From assembly GCA_963822965.1 (NCBI GenBank), contig CAWGJT010000005.1, positions 1,056,001 to 1,120,000 on the forward strand: a stretch of DNA of 64,000 nt, given 5' to 3'. This DNA is from an uncultured delta proteobacterium (GTDB lineage Bacteria; Myxococcota_A; UBA9160; UBA4427). Positions 1-8,750 of the stretch are shown piece after piece (within the stretch, counting starts at the first letter, position 1; every line of letters starts with the position of its first letter). The notes under the pieces are model-generated. The model was not told where the DNA came from. It did no database searches and was given only the letters and a program-made list of their open reading frames with translations. A program made the position numbers and the translations under genes.

Positions 1-400
1 GGATCTTGCCCTCGTTGGTCACGATGGGGTCGGTGGAGTACTTGAAGTTGCGCAGGCCCACCGCCTCGATTTCGGCGCGCACGTCCCAGCTCGGCAGGCG
101 CCAGCCCCGGGGAAGCTCCAGCAGGGCGATCTCGTCCATGGGGATGGCCAGCCCCACGGAGCCGCCGAGCAGCGGCGAGACGTCCGTGTCGTTGCCGCCG
201 AGATCGAAGACCTGGCCGATCTCGACCATCCCGGAGCCCTTGCCCTTGGACACCGAGTAGCCGAGGTCGCCGGAGGTGTAGATCCGCCAGTCGGCGGACG
301 CCGCCCCGGGAAGCAGCAGCAGGCCCATGGCCAGCAGCGCGCCCAGAAGCGCACGGGTGCCCGACAGGGCACCCGGTCGAAGCTCGAGGCCGATCCCCAT
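1..400 (-). CDS. Secreted/outer-membrane protein, possibly beta-barrel (runs off window start)
   Basis: Read by hand: ATG at 400, MGIGLELRPGALSGTRALLGALLAMGLLLLPGAASA-DWRIYTSGDLGYS...; signal peptide with AxA-type site, then alternating beta-strand-like residues. Confidence 0.5.
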   Translation of the reverse strand, partial: MGIGLELRPGALSGTRALLGALLAMGLLLLPGAASADWRIYTSGDLGYSVSKGKGSGMVEIGQVFDLGGNDTDVSPLLGGSVGLAIPMDEIALLELPRGWRLPSWDVRAEIEAVGLRNFKYSTDPIVTNEGKI

Positions 401-596
401 TCGTCTCTGTCCCACGCGATCCCACGCGATCGGTCGGATCGCGCCAGCCCCAGTCCCGCCGACTCTGGCTGGCCGATTCCGCTTGACCTGCCTGCGTATC
501 GAGTCGGAGCTGCCTGTTCTTTATGACTGTCATCACAAATTCGCCGAGCCGGGCTCGGCTTGGGGGGGATGGCCATCGAGCTGGCCTCGGCTACTG

Positions 597-612
597 TACC
601 GTCCGGACGGTA
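597..612. promoter_or_regulatory. Perfect 16-bp palindrome TACCGTCCGGACGGTA, probable TetR operator
   Basis: Exact self-complementary sequence ~50 bp upstream of the likely TetR start, in a divergent intergenic region. Confidence 0.7.
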
Positions 613-663
613 TATCGATCGACATCGACCGATATCGCCCGATATCGAGGGGGGATCGATCTC

Positions 664-1251
664 GTGGCCGCTTCGTACCCGGACCGCACGGGGCGGCAGG
701 AGCCCGCCGGGCGCGGCGCCCGCGACCGCCTGCTCGACGCCGCGGAGTCGCGTCTGCTGGAGCGAGGGCCCGCCGGGCTGGTGCTCGCCCAGGTGGCGTC
801 GGACGCCGGCTGCAGCAAGGGCGGTCTCCTCTACCACTTCCCGTCCAAGGACGCGCTGGTCGACGGCATCATCGAGCGCATGCTCGACAGCTTCGAGCAG
901 GCGCAGGAGCGCCTGGCCGCGGGCGACCCGGAGGCGGACGGCTGCTGGAGCCGAGCCTATCTCGCCTCCACGGTGACCGACGACGGCCGCCCCGCCGACG
1001 GGTCCGCGCAGGTGATGGCCGGACTGCTGGCGCTGGTGGGCAACGACCCGCAGAAGCTCGCACCCCTGCGCGACCGCTTCGCTGCCTGGCACGCCCGGCT
1101 CGAGGACGACGGCATCGATCCCGAGACGGCCGTGATCGTCCGCCTGGCCGCGGACGGGCTGTGGCTCTCGGCGCTGCTGGGGCTGCCGAGCCCGCGGCCG
1201 GAGCTGCTCGCCCGGGTGGTCGCGCGCCTGGGCGAGATGACCCGCCGATGA
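664..1251 (+). CDS. TetR/AcrR family transcriptional regulator
   Basis: HTH RDRLLDAAESRL...VASDAGCSKGGLLYHFPSKDAL; start estimated at GTG 664 (ORF open from 523). Confidence 0.9.
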   Translation: MAASYPDRTGRQEPAGRGARDRLLDAAESRLLERGPAGLVLAQVASDAGCSKGGLLYHFPSKDALVDGIIERMLDSFEQAQERLAAGDPEADGCWSRAYLASTVTDDGRPADGSAQVMAGLLALVGNDPQKLAPLRDRFAAWHARLEDDGIDPETAVIVRLAADGLWLSALLGLPSPRPELLARVVARLGEMTRR

Positions 1252-2051
1252 ACCCCCTCGAGCAGGACGCTGCGCGGCTCGAGAGCCGCTTCCAGGAGGC
1301 GCTCGAGGAGCTGCGGGGCCTGCGGCTCCGCCTTCGTGATGCGGACTCGCGGCTGGCCGAGCGCACCCGCGCCGAGGTGGCCGAGATCCGTGACGAGTGG
1401 GACGCCATCCACTACCGCTGGTGGATCGGCGTGCTGGCCTTCGCGGTGGTCTTCCTGTTCGCCGCCTACGCGTTCTACATGAACCTGGGCTGGTACGCGG
1501 AGCATCGCGCCCTTCCCGTGAGCTCGGACTGGCTGCTGGACCGGTTGCCGGTGGTGAACGTGGTGCCGCTGCTCTCCTGGGGCTGGCTGGCGCTGCACGT
1601 CTACGCGGTGGCGATCGCGCTGCTCTACTACCCCCGCAAGCTGCCGTTTCTCTGCTTCCTGCTCGGCGTGTATCTCTGCGTGCGGACGGTCTTCGTCTTC
1701 CTGTCTCCCATCGGCGCGCCCGAGTCGATCCTGGACATGGGCAAGCTCGACCTGCTCTTCCCCCACGTGGTGGGGGTCTACACGTTCCAGAACGAGTTCG
1801 TCTTCTCGGGACACACCGCCATGCCGTTCCTGTTCGCGCTCTTCTTCGAGACCCGCGTGCAGCGCACCGTGATGCTGGCGGGCTCGATCGCCATGGCGAT
1901 GGCGGTGCTGCTCACGCGCAACCACTACACGGTGGACGTGATCAGCGCCTGGTTCATCGGCTTCGCGATCTACGCCGCGAGCGAGCGGCTCTACTTCCAC
2001 TTCCTGCGGCCGCTCTTCCTGGCGACGCCCCTCGCCCGGCGCTCGGCCTGA
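1248..2051 (+). CDS. PAP2-superfamily membrane protein, sphingomyelin/IPC-synthase-like (PAP2_C)
   Basis: About 6 TM segments; motifs FVFSGHT and RNHYTVDV; ATGA overlap with the TetR stop. Confidence 0.75.
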   Translation: MNPLEQDAARLESRFQEALEELRGLRLRLRDADSRLAERTRAEVAEIRDEWDAIHYRWWIGVLAFAVVFLFAAYAFYMNLGWYAEHRALPVSSDWLLDRLPVVNVVPLLSWGWLALHVYAVAIALLYYPRKLPFLCFLLGVYLCVRTVFVFLSPIGAPESILDMGKLDLLFPHVVGVYTFQNEFVFSGHTAMPFLFALFFETRVQRTVMLAGSIAMAMAVLLTRNHYTVDVISAWFIGFAIYAASERLYFHFLRPLFLATPLARRSA

Positions 2052-2147
2052 ACGGCCCCCGCCGTTGCCGGAAGGCACGATCCGGGCTTCACTCCTCGCC
2101 CTCGCAGCCGCACCCGCCACGGAGGGGAAGGAGCAGGGAGGGGAGAC

Positions 2148-2351
2148 ATGAAGATCCGCGTCGACTGGGACCTGTGCCAGGGGCACGGCACCTGCGTCGC
2201 CGAGGCCCCCGAGGTCTTCGCCCTGGACGGCGACGGCAACCTGGTGGTGAAGCAGGAGAGCCCGCCCGCCGAGCAGCACGAGCGGGTTCGCAATGCCGTG
2301 CGCTTCTGCCCCTCGTACGCCCTGTCCATCGTGGAGGACGAGCCCGCATGA
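2148..2351 (+). CDS. Ferredoxin (3Fe-4S type)
   Basis: CQGHGTC...CP motif, 67 aa, GGAG RBS. Confidence 0.9.
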   Translation: MKIRVDWDLCQGHGTCVAEAPEVFALDGDGNLVVKQESPPAEQHERVRNAVRFCPSYALSIVEDEPA

Positions 2352-3100
2352 AGCGCCTCAGCGACCGTCGGGTGCTCGTCGTCGGAGCGTCGTCGGGCAT
2401 CGGCCGCGCCATCGCCGCTCGAGCCGCCGAGGAGGGTGCGCGCGTGGCACTGGGGGCGCGCCGCGCCGAGAGCCTCGCCGAGATTGCGGCCTCGCTTCCG
2501 GGCACAGCGGTGGCCGCTCCCCTGGACGTGCGCGATCCGGCGTCCATCGACGCGGGCGTCGCCGCCGCCGTCGCCGGTCTCGGCGGCCTCGACTCCCTGG
2601 TCTACGCCGTGGGCATGGCGTTCCTGCGCCCCCTGGCCGAGATGGAGGCCCCGGCCTGGCGCGAGATCTTCGAGACGAACGTGACGGGGGCCGCCCTCGT
2701 CACCCGCGCCGCGCTGCCGCACCTCACCCGCGCGCGCGGCCGCGCCATCTTCCTGTCGTCCATCTCGGCCGACGACCGTCCCCCGCGTCGTGCCCTGGGC
2801 GGCTACATGGTGAGCAAGGCGGCGCTCAACAAGCTGGTGGAGGTGTGGCAGGCCGAGAACCACGCGGTGGCCTTCACGCGTCTGAGCGTGGGAGACACGG
2901 CGAGCACCGACTTCGCCCGGGACTGGGACCTGAGCGCCGGCGGACACTTCGTTCAGGCCTGGAACGAGCAGGGCGTGATGTTCGGGCGGACCATGGAGCC
3001 CGCGTCGGTGGGCCTGCACGTGGCCGACCTGCTGGCCGCGCCGGAGGCGGTGAGCGAGAGCCGCATCGTCCCGCGCTACCGGGTGCCCGACGACACCTGA
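2348..3100 (+). CDS. SDR family oxidoreductase
   Basis: GASSGIG Rossmann motif, YMVSK catalytic motif; ATGA overlap with ferredoxin. Confidence 0.9.
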   Translation: MKRLSDRRVLVVGASSGIGRAIAARAAEEGARVALGARRAESLAEIAASLPGTAVAAPLDVRDPASIDAGVAAAVAGLGGLDSLVYAVGMAFLRPLAEMEAPAWREIFETNVTGAALVTRAALPHLTRARGRAIFLSSISADDRPPRRALGGYMVSKAALNKLVEVWQAENHAVAFTRLSVGDTASTDFARDWDLSAGGHFVQAWNEQGVMFGRTMEPASVGLHVADLLAAPEAVSESRIVPRYRVPDDT

Positions 3101-3109
3101 GCCCGGTCT

Positions 3110-3721
3110 TCAGGCTTCACAGAACGCGCGGACCGCCGCCAGGATGCGGTCGTCCACGTCGTCCTGGGTCTCTCCGTCCCGCTTCAGGCGCGTCTTCGTC
3201 ACCCGCAGCGAGTGGTCGCCGTCCGGGACGACGTGGAGCGTGCTGGGTGCGCGCATCTGCGCGCGGACGTGCTCGAGCCGGTCCAGCGGGCAGAGCCTGT
3301 CGCGGGTTCCCTGGACGAAGAGGATGCGCGTCCCGAGCGCCTTCAACACCTCGTCGCGCAGCTTCGGCGGCGCGCCGCTCGCCGGCCGCGCGCCCTGCAG
3401 CGGATACCCGAAGCACACGAGCCCGTCGACCGGCTCCTCGAGGGCCAGATGGCAGCCCACCCGGGACCCCATGCTCTTGCCGGCGAGGAAGACGGGGCCG
3501 CGATGCCCGCGGCGGGCATCGGCGAGCGCGACGCGATGGGCCGCGAGGAGCTTCGGCAGCCGGTCCGGCGAGCGGCGCCCTTCGCGCATGTAGGGATAGT
3601 CGAAGAGAACGACGCTCCCGATCGTTTCCAGGCGGCGGCGCCAGCCCTGCATCCAGGGGTGCGCGGAGCCCGCGCCGGCTCCATGCGCGAAGAGGAGGAG
3701 CGGCGTGACCTTCGCGGTCAG
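3110..3721 (-). CDS. Alpha/beta hydrolase (KANL3/Abhydrolase_11-like)
   Basis: HGAGAG, GKSMG nucleophile elbow, QGTRD, GDHS; start codon uncertain. Confidence 0.85.
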   Translation of the reverse strand: MTAKVTPLLLFAHGAGAGSAHPWMQGWRRRLETIGSVVLFDYPYMREGRRSPDRLPKLLAAHRVALADARRGHRGPVFLAGKSMGSRVGCHLALEEPVDGLVCFGYPLQGARPASGAPPKLRDEVLKALGTRILFVQGTRDRLCPLDRLEHVRAQMRAPSTLHVVPDGDHSLRVTKTRLKRDGETQDDVDDRILAAVRAFCEA

Positions 3722-4950
3722 CCGAGCGCTCCCGAGTCCTTCAGCTTCGCGATGCGCTCGGCGTCGTAGCCCAGCACCTCGGAGAGCACGACCTCGTTGT
3801 GCTGCCCCACCGTGGGCGCCATGGCGGGCGCCGGCAGCTGTTCGTCGAGGAACTTCACCGGGAAGGGCAGCATGTCCGCGCCGTGGGTCTCGTGGGGCAG
3901 CAGGGGGAAGCGGGCCTTGAACTGCGGGTCGTCCGCGATGGTCTTCGGCGTGTTCACGGGGGCCATGGGCGTGTTGTGCTCGTTGCCGAAGGCGATCCAC
4001 TCCTGGGAGGTCTTCGTCTTGAAGATCTCGCGCAGCTCCCGTTGCAGCTCGCGGTTGTTGCGCGCGTGATCGGCGTACTTCGAGCCCGGCCAGCGCTCGA
4101 AGAGGTCCATGCGGTCGACGCCCTGGCAGAAGTTCTTCCAGAAGGCCTGCTCCGAGGCCATGAAGAGGATGTGCCCGTCCGCCGAGTCGTACATCTGGTA
4201 GCGGACCCCCTCCTTCATGCCCGCGGTGCCCACCGCCCGGCGCTCGTAGTTGTCGGCCTTGTTGCCCGTCACCTCGTCCTCGGGGCGCTCGTAGGCCATC
4301 CAGCTCTCGCTCCGGTACCAGTCCATGTAGGCGGCGGCGTCGGACTGGCCGAGCTCCAGCATGCAGCCCTCGCCGGTCTCCCGGGCGCGGATCACCGCAG
4401 CCAGCACGCCGAGCGCGCCGATGATCGGCCCGGCGTGGATGCCCATGCTGGGATGCTCGTCGATGAAGCAGAAGCCCTCGTCGTCGTAGGCGGGCTTGAC
4501 GAGCCCCGCCCAGGTGTCGAACGCGATGCCGTGGGCCGGCAGGTCCTTGTAGGGGCCCGTCATCCCGTAGCCGGAGATGTTGCAGAAGACGATCTGGGGA
4601 TTGACGGCGCGCAGCTCCTCGTAGCCGAGACCGCGGCGGGCGAGGGAGCCCGGGCGCATGGCCTCCACCACGACGTCGGCGCCGCGCACGAGGTCGAGAT
4701 AGACGTCCACGGCCTCCTTGAGGCGCAGGTCGAGGGTGAGGCTCTTCTTGCCGCGATTGATGTGGAGGTGGAGGAGCGAGACGCCGTGGATGATGGGCCA
4801 GGTCATCTCGCGCACGTAGTCGCCGGAGGGCGACTCGACCTTGATGACGTCCGCGCCGAGATCGGCCAGGTGCGTGGTGATGGCGGCGGGCCCGAGCAGC
4901 GAGCTCTCGACGACCCGAACGCCGGCCAGGGGGGTGCTGCGCTTCGACAT
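3718..4950 (-). CDS. CaiB/BaiF family III CoA transferase
   Basis: PLAGVRVVE...LADLGADVIKVESPSGD, NRGKKSLTLDL, ISGYGMTGPY. Confidence 0.92.
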   Translation of the reverse strand: MSKRSTPLAGVRVVESSLLGPAAITTHLADLGADVIKVESPSGDYVREMTWPIIHGVSLLHLHINRGKKSLTLDLRLKEAVDVYLDLVRGADVVVEAMRPGSLARRGLGYEELRAVNPQIVFCNISGYGMTGPYKDLPAHGIAFDTWAGLVKPAYDDEGFCFIDEHPSMGIHAGPIIGALGVLAAVIRARETGEGCMLELGQSDAAAYMDWYRSESWMAYERPEDEVTGNKADNYERRAVGTAGMKEGVRYQMYDSADGHILFMASEQAFWKNFCQGVDRMDLFERWPGSKYADHARNNRELQRELREIFKTKTSQEWIAFGNEHNTPMAPVNTPKTIADDPQFKARFPLLPHETHGADMLPFPVKFLDEQLPAPAMAPTVGQHNEVVLSEVLGYDAERIAKLKDSGALG

Positions 4951-5079
4951 CCTCGAACTTCCTCTCTCCGGCTTCCCGGCCGTCGGCTCGGGGCGTCCTA
5001 GGGAAACCCAGAAGCCGCGGCTTGTCGACCGAGCGCCGGGTTCCGGGGTAGCATGGCCTTCCCTTTCGGAGGCGCTTGC

Positions 5080-6024
5080 ATGGCGTTCGGGCACGACACC
5101 ACCACCGAGGAGGTCCTGCAGGGCGTCGATCTGAGCGGACGCCGCGCGGTCGTGACCGGGGCCTCCGGCGGGCTCGGTGCCGAGACGGCCCGGGCGCTGG
5201 CCTCGCGCGGCGCCGCCGTCACCCTGGCGGTGCGCAACGTCGCGAAGGCCGAGGCCGTGGCCGAGGCCATCCGCGGGAGCACCGGCAATCCCCGGATCGA
5301 CGTGGGAGAGCTCGAGCTCTCGATTCCCCAGAGCGTGCGGACCTTCGCCAAGGGATGGCTGGCAGAGCACGACGCGCTGCAGCTGCTGGTCAACAACGCC
5401 GGGGTGATGGCGTGCCCGCTCGAGCGCAACGCCCTCGGCTGGGAGATGCAGCTCGCCACCAATCACCTCGGGCACTTCCTGCTCACCTGCCTGCTGGCGC
5501 CGGCGCTCCGGGCAGGCGCCCCCGCCCGGGTGGTGAACCTGAGCTCGGGCGGCCACCGCCTGGGCGGCGTCGACTTCGACGATCCCCACTACGAGCGGCG
5601 GGACTACGACAAGTGGCAGGCCTACGGTCAGTCGAAGACGGCGAACGTGCTCTTCACCGTGGAGCTCGACCGGCGGATGGCGGAGAGGGGCGTGCGCGCC
5701 TACGCGGTGCACCCCGGCGTCATCATGACCGAGCTGGCGCGGCACATGCAGCCGGACGACATGAAGACGCTGCAGAGCCGAGCACCGGCGGGCGGTCTGC
5801 GCTTCAAGCCCGTGGAGGCCGGCGCGGCGACCAGCGTGTGGGCGGCCACCGCGCCCGAGCTCGAGGGTCGCGGGGGGCTGTATCTCGAGGACTGCCACGT
5901 CGCGAAGCCCGCCGAAGAGACCGGGGGCGAGGGCGGCTTTGCGGCCTGGGCGGTGGACCCGAACGCGGCCGCGCGCCTGTGGGCGCTCTCCGAGGAGCTC
6001 GTCGGCGAGCGCTTCGAACCCTGA
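5080..6024 (+). CDS. SDR oxidoreductase (retinol dehydrogenase/WWOX-like)
   Basis: TGASGGLG, NNAGVMA, NHLGHF, YGQSKTAN, VHPGVI. Confidence 0.92.
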   Translation: MAFGHDTTTEEVLQGVDLSGRRAVVTGASGGLGAETARALASRGAAVTLAVRNVAKAEAVAEAIRGSTGNPRIDVGELELSIPQSVRTFAKGWLAEHDALQLLVNNAGVMACPLERNALGWEMQLATNHLGHFLLTCLLAPALRAGAPARVVNLSSGGHRLGGVDFDDPHYERRDYDKWQAYGQSKTANVLFTVELDRRMAERGVRAYAVHPGVIMTELARHMQPDDMKTLQSRAPAGGLRFKPVEAGAATSVWAATAPELEGRGGLYLEDCHVAKPAEETGGEGGFAAWAVDPNAAARLWALSEELVGERFEP

Positions 6025-6076
6025 CGGCGACCGGCCGCCCGGCGCCGAGAAGCGAGCGAAGGAGCGCGAACCCACC

Positions 6077-6916
6077 ATGAAGATCGGACTCTTCGGCATC
6101 AACTTCGGTCCCTGCTCGCAGCCCGACGCGCTGGTGCGCGTGGCCCGCCATGCAGAGGACGCGGGGCTCGAGTCCCTCTGGACCGGGGAGCACGTCGTGC
6201 TCCCGGATCCCCAGGCGCCGCCGTCGCCCGCTCCCCCGCAGCTGCCGATGCTCGATCCCTCGGTGGCCCTCGCGTTCGCCGCCGCCGCAACGAAGCGCGT
6301 GCGCCTGGGCACCGGAATCATCATCCTGCCCCAGCGCAACGCCGTGGAGCTCGCCAAGGAGCTGGCGAGCGTGGACGTGGTCTCGGGGGGACGCCTCGTC
6401 TTCGGCCTGGGTGCCGGCTATCTCGAGCCGGAGTTCCGCGCCCTGGGCGCCAACTTCGAGGAGCGCGGTGCCCTCACCGACGAGTCCATCGACGTCCTGC
6501 GCGCGTTGTGGACCCAGGAGAAGCCGCACTTCGAGGGGCGCTTCTACCGCTTCTCGGGCATCGACGCCCACCCGCGTCCCGTGCAGCAGCCGCACCCGCC
6601 GATCGTGGTCGGAGGCATGAGCCGCGCCGGGGCGAGGCGCGCGGCCCGCAAGGGCAACGGCTGGTACGGCTACTTCACGACGCCGGAGGCGACCGCGAAG
6701 TCGCTCGGCTGGATCCGCGAGGCGGTCGCCGCGGGAGAGCGTCCGGCGGCGCTCGGCGAGATCGAGCTCTCGGTGACGCCGCCCGCGCCCATCACCCCGG
6801 ACCTGGTGAAGCAGTACGCGGAGCTCGGCATCCACCGCATCATCGGCACGACCCCGGCCCGCGACCTGGACACGGTGCTGCGCTTCGTCGACGAGCTGGC
6901 GGGCTACGTCGACTGA
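6077..6916 (+). CDS. LLM class (probable F420-dependent) oxidoreductase
   Basis: SLWTGEHVVLP, LGTGIIILPQRN, SGGRLVFGLGAGY, PVQQPHPPIVVGG. Confidence 0.88.
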   Translation: MKIGLFGINFGPCSQPDALVRVARHAEDAGLESLWTGEHVVLPDPQAPPSPAPPQLPMLDPSVALAFAAAATKRVRLGTGIIILPQRNAVELAKELASVDVVSGGRLVFGLGAGYLEPEFRALGANFEERGALTDESIDVLRALWTQEKPHFEGRFYRFSGIDAHPRPVQQPHPPIVVGGMSRAGARRAARKGNGWYGYFTTPEATAKSLGWIREAVAAGERPAALGEIELSVTPPAPITPDLVKQYAELGIHRIIGTTPARDLDTVLRFVDELAGYVD

Positions 6917-6928
6917 ACGGGCGCCCCA

Positions 6929-6967
6929 TCGACTGAGAGAGTCGACCGAGAGAATCGACCGAGAGAG
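6929..6967. repeat. 3 x 13-bp tandem repeat TCGAC(C/T)GAGAGA(G/A)
   Basis: tcgactgagagag / tcgaccgagagaa / tcgaccgagagag between convergent genes. Confidence 0.8.
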
Positions 6968-6987
6968 ATGGGACTACGACCCTCGCG

Positions 6988-7845
6988 TCAGTAGCGCGTT
7001 GCCCCGCGCTGGTGGGCGTAGGAGAGATAGGCGATGCGCCGGAAGCCGAGATCCATGTCCGGCGCCTCGGTGACCACGGTGCTCTCGCCCGCGAGCTGGA
7101 ACTCCGGCAGCGAGGCCAGGTTCGCCCGCATGGCCTCGTCCGGCGCCTCCACCAGATCGACCTCGATCTCGTAGGGGGCCGGCTCGGCCCGGTAGGGTGA
7201 CAGCTCGCCGCTGCGTGCCCGCATGACGGCACGCCGGGCGCCGCTCCGGATGGCCTCCCGCGCCCGGGCCGGCGGGATCACCTCGCCGGCCTGTCGGCCG
7301 AGGGCCTTCTTTACCTGCACCGCCTCGACGTCCGGAACGCGCTTGCGTACCTCCTCGATCACCATCTGGTCCCCGGTGACGAGCCCCACCGGCGCACCCA
7401 CCTCGCCGGCGCGGATGGTGAAGAGGTCCGGCTCGCCCACCGCCCGGCCGGCCACCCGGACGCTCCGGAAGCGCCCGCTGGACACCGTGTGGGCCATGAT
7501 GCCCGGCCAGCTTCCCGCGGCCGCGTGATGGCCCACGAGCATCACGAGATCGACGCTCTCGTCGAGCGCCGACAGGGTACTGGCGCCCGGTCGCCCGGCG
7601 CCCCGGACGACGCTGCAGCGCGAATCGATCTCGTCCAGCAGCAGGACGCACAGATCCTCGACGCCGTGGTTCTCTTCGACGACCACCTCCCGTGCACCGG
7701 CCTCGAACGCACCGGCGATCGCCGCGTTGGCGTCGAGCGTCATCAGCCGGCGGTTGCGCTCGAAGTCGATGCCCTGGGACGCGACATCCAGCCAGCGGAC
7801 GAGGCCCGAGATGCCCTCCATGTCCACGCTGAGGAAGACCTTCAT
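6988..7845 (-). CDS. dppA: D-aminopeptidase, peptidase M55 (DppA family)
   Basis: N-terminal MKVFLSVDMEGISG, GHHA, AHT, VGLVTGD motifs. Confidence 0.88.
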   Translation of the reverse strand: MKVFLSVDMEGISGLVRWLDVASQGIDFERNRRLMTLDANAAIAGAFEAGAREVVVEENHGVEDLCVLLLDEIDSRCSVVRGAGRPGASTLSALDESVDLVMLVGHHAAAGSWPGIMAHTVSSGRFRSVRVAGRAVGEPDLFTIRAGEVGAPVGLVTGDQMVIEEVRKRVPDVEAVQVKKALGRQAGEVIPPARAREAIRSGARRAVMRARSGELSPYRAEPAPYEIEVDLVEAPDEAMRANLASLPEFQLAGESTVVTEAPDMDLGFRRIAYLSYAHQRGATRY

Positions 7846-7868
7846 GCGCGCCAGTGTATCATGCGCGC

Positions 7869-8666
7869 ATGGGCGAGCCGCGAAGGACCGCACTCGTGAC
7901 CGGCGCCTCGGCGGGGATCGGGAGCGCGTTTGCGCGTCTCCTCGCCCGGCGCGGCTTCGACCTGGTGCTGGTGGCCCGCCGGCGGGAACGGCTCGAGACG
8001 CTGGCCAAGGAGCTGGAGCAGGACGGCGACGTGACGGCCCACGTGCTGGCCGCCGACCTCGCGAACCCCGGGGCGCCCCGTGCGATCCGCGACGAGCTGC
8101 TGCAACGCGGCATCGGGGTGGACGTGCTCGTGAACAACGCGGGCTATGGCCTGGCCCGCGGCTTCTCGGAAGCCGACTGGAAGGAGCACGCCGATCTCCT
8201 GCAGGTGATGGCGACCTCGGTCACCGAGCTGTGCCACCTCTTCGTTCCGGGCATGAAGGCGCGCGGCTGGGGACGGATCGTGAACGTGGCCTCGGTGGCG
8301 GCCTTCACGCCTCAGGTGGCGGGGAACCTCTACGGCGGCGTGAAGCGCTACGTAGTGGACTTCTCGAAGGCCCTGGCCCTCGAGCTCGACGGGACGGGCG
8401 TCCGCGTGTGCGCTCTTTGCCCGGGCTACACGAAGACCGAGTTCCACGACGTGATGGGCGTGCAGGACCAGATCGACGCCCTGCCGGGCTGGCTCGTGAT
8501 GAGCGCCGACGAGGTCGCCTCGCGGGGCTGGTCGGCGGTCGAGCGGGGCGAGCCCGTGTGCGTGCCGGGTCTTCTCTATCGCGCGCTGGTCGCGGTATGC
8601 CGGGTGGCGCCGCCGTTCCTGCTACGCGCGCTGGCGCGCCGGAGCGTACTCCGGTCGCGACGCTGA
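7869..8666 (+). CDS. SDR family oxidoreductase (DltE-like)
   Basis: TGASAGIG, NNAGYG, YGGVK, LCPGYTKTEF. Confidence 0.92.
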   Translation: MGEPRRTALVTGASAGIGSAFARLLARRGFDLVLVARRRERLETLAKELEQDGDVTAHVLAADLANPGAPRAIRDELLQRGIGVDVLVNNAGYGLARGFSEADWKEHADLLQVMATSVTELCHLFVPGMKARGWGRIVNVASVAAFTPQVAGNLYGGVKRYVVDFSKALALELDGTGVRVCALCPGYTKTEFHDVMGVQDQIDALPGWLVMSADEVASRGWSAVERGEPVCVPGLLYRALVAVCRVAPPFLLRALARRSVLRSRR

Positions 8667-8670
8667 CCCA

Positions 8671-8750
8671 CCCTTGACCCTTCGGGCGCACCCTTGACCC
8701 TTCCGGCGCACTCTTGACCCTTTCGGCGCACTCTTGACCCTTTCGGCGCA
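8671..8750. repeat. 4 x 20-bp tandem repeat C(C/T)CTTGACCCTTnnGGCGCA
   Basis: Four consecutive near-identical 20-mers starting at 8671, 8691, 8711, 8731. Confidence 0.95.

Noticed and set aside
8671..8750. CRISPR array
   Set aside because: Repeats are directly adjacent with no spacers, and no cas genes are present
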